Source of the DNA: Priapulus caudatus
Taxonomy: Eukaryota
Assembly: GCF_000485595.1 (NCBI RefSeq)
Contig: NW_014577089.1
Coordinates: 509,386-573,385, forward strand
Length of the DNA: 64,000 bases
Reading direction: 5' to 3'
In this document: positions 63,135 through 64,000 of the stretch, in pieces
How positions within the stretch are numbered: the stretch's first letter is position 1
Layout of the letters: each line of letters opens with the position of its first letter
Program-made: the position numbers and the translations under genes
Notes under the pieces: model-generated
The model's database searches: none
Seen by the model: only the letters and a program-made list of their open reading frames with translations
Told to the model about the DNA's origin: nothing

Positions 63135-64000
63135 AAACTAGAAAGGGCAGTTGTCGCCAACTACATGTATCCCCCGTGATCTAGTTAAGTATGAATGAAA
63201 TATCTCTGTAAGAACGTAGAAGGTAGGTAAAGTTAAATAAGTCACAAAGACAAAGGTTTGTTACACAACTCATCTGCCTGAGATGTGCAAGTATGTTAAA
63301 ATTGGTTGCCTTAGAGATTTTGGTACGCGACACACCTTCTCCCCAAGATGTGTAAGTATACCAAGTTTGGTAGCGCTAGGTCAATTAGGGGCCGAGTTAT
63401 AGAGTGGAAGGGAAATATGATCGCGGTCAAGGTATAGGTCAAATAAAGGTCGTAGTGACCTGGTTTTCATACGCTGCGCACCTTCTCCCCAAGATGTGTA
63501 AGTATACCAAGTTTGGTAGCGCTAGGTCAATTAGGGGCCGAGTTATAGAGCGGAAGGAAAATATGATCAAGGTCAAATAAAAGTCGTAGTGACCTGATTT
63601 TGGTAGCGCTAGGTCAATTAGGGGCCGAGTTATAGAGCGGAAGGAAAATATGATCAAGGTCAAGGTAAAGGTCAAATAAATGTCGCAGTGACCTGGTTTT
63701 GGTACTCTGCACACCTTCTCCCCAAGATGTGTAAGTATACCAAGTTTGGTAGCGCTCGGTCAATTAGGGGCCGAGTTATAGAGTGGAAGGAAAATATGAT
63801 CAAGGTCAAAATAAAGGTCAAATAAATGTCGCAGTGACCTGGTTTTGGTACTCTGCACACCTTCCCCCCAAGATGTGTAAGTATACCAAGTTTGGTAGCA
63901 CTCGGTCAATTAGGGGCCGAGTTAGAGAGCGGAAAGGAAATTCTCTGCAGCAGACCGAGCGGCGGCGGCTGGGGAGACATGAAACCATAGTATCCCCGCC
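63135..64000. mobile_element. HINE/DINE-1/pearl-like non-autonomous Helentron-type element with 146-bp internal tandem repeats
   Basis: Core repeat starts at 63334, 63480, 63713 and 63859 (period 146 plus one partial unit); ggtcaaggtcaa and taccaagtttgg motifs; short (CGG) tract and tagtatccccgcc near the window end. Confidence 0.65.

Overview
AT-rich, repeat-dense invertebrate animal genomic DNA (spliceosomal introns, two N-gaps, noisy long microsatellites that look like long-read gap fill). There are two convergent intron-rich genes. The first is a complete dynactin subunit 1 (DCTN1/p150Glued) gene on + (27 coding exons, 4247-28758, about 1248 aa by my exon sum). The second is the 3' eight exons of an STK32/YANK-family Ser/Thr kinase on - (57929 down to 46344; the upstream exons are not visible and presumably lie beyond the window). 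Introns and the intergenic region carry a non-autonomous LTR element, two LINE fragments, several MITE families with readable TIRs/TSDs, a Helentron/HINE-like tandem element, minisatellites and microsatellites. Most notable: (1) a minimal U3-A8 variant hammerhead-ribozyme motif in the sense strand of DCTN1 intron 24; (2) minisatellites that duplicate or abut DCTN1 splice sites, including a 45-bp array of AG-18nt-GT cassettes carrying Arg/Met variants of a coding codon; (3) a family of 40-80 bp hairpins with 7-bp TSDs that resemble P-superfamily excision footprints; (4) a tandem TTAA MITE dimer whose inner and outer TIRs are separately homogenised. All coordinates were read by eye; no database searches were run.
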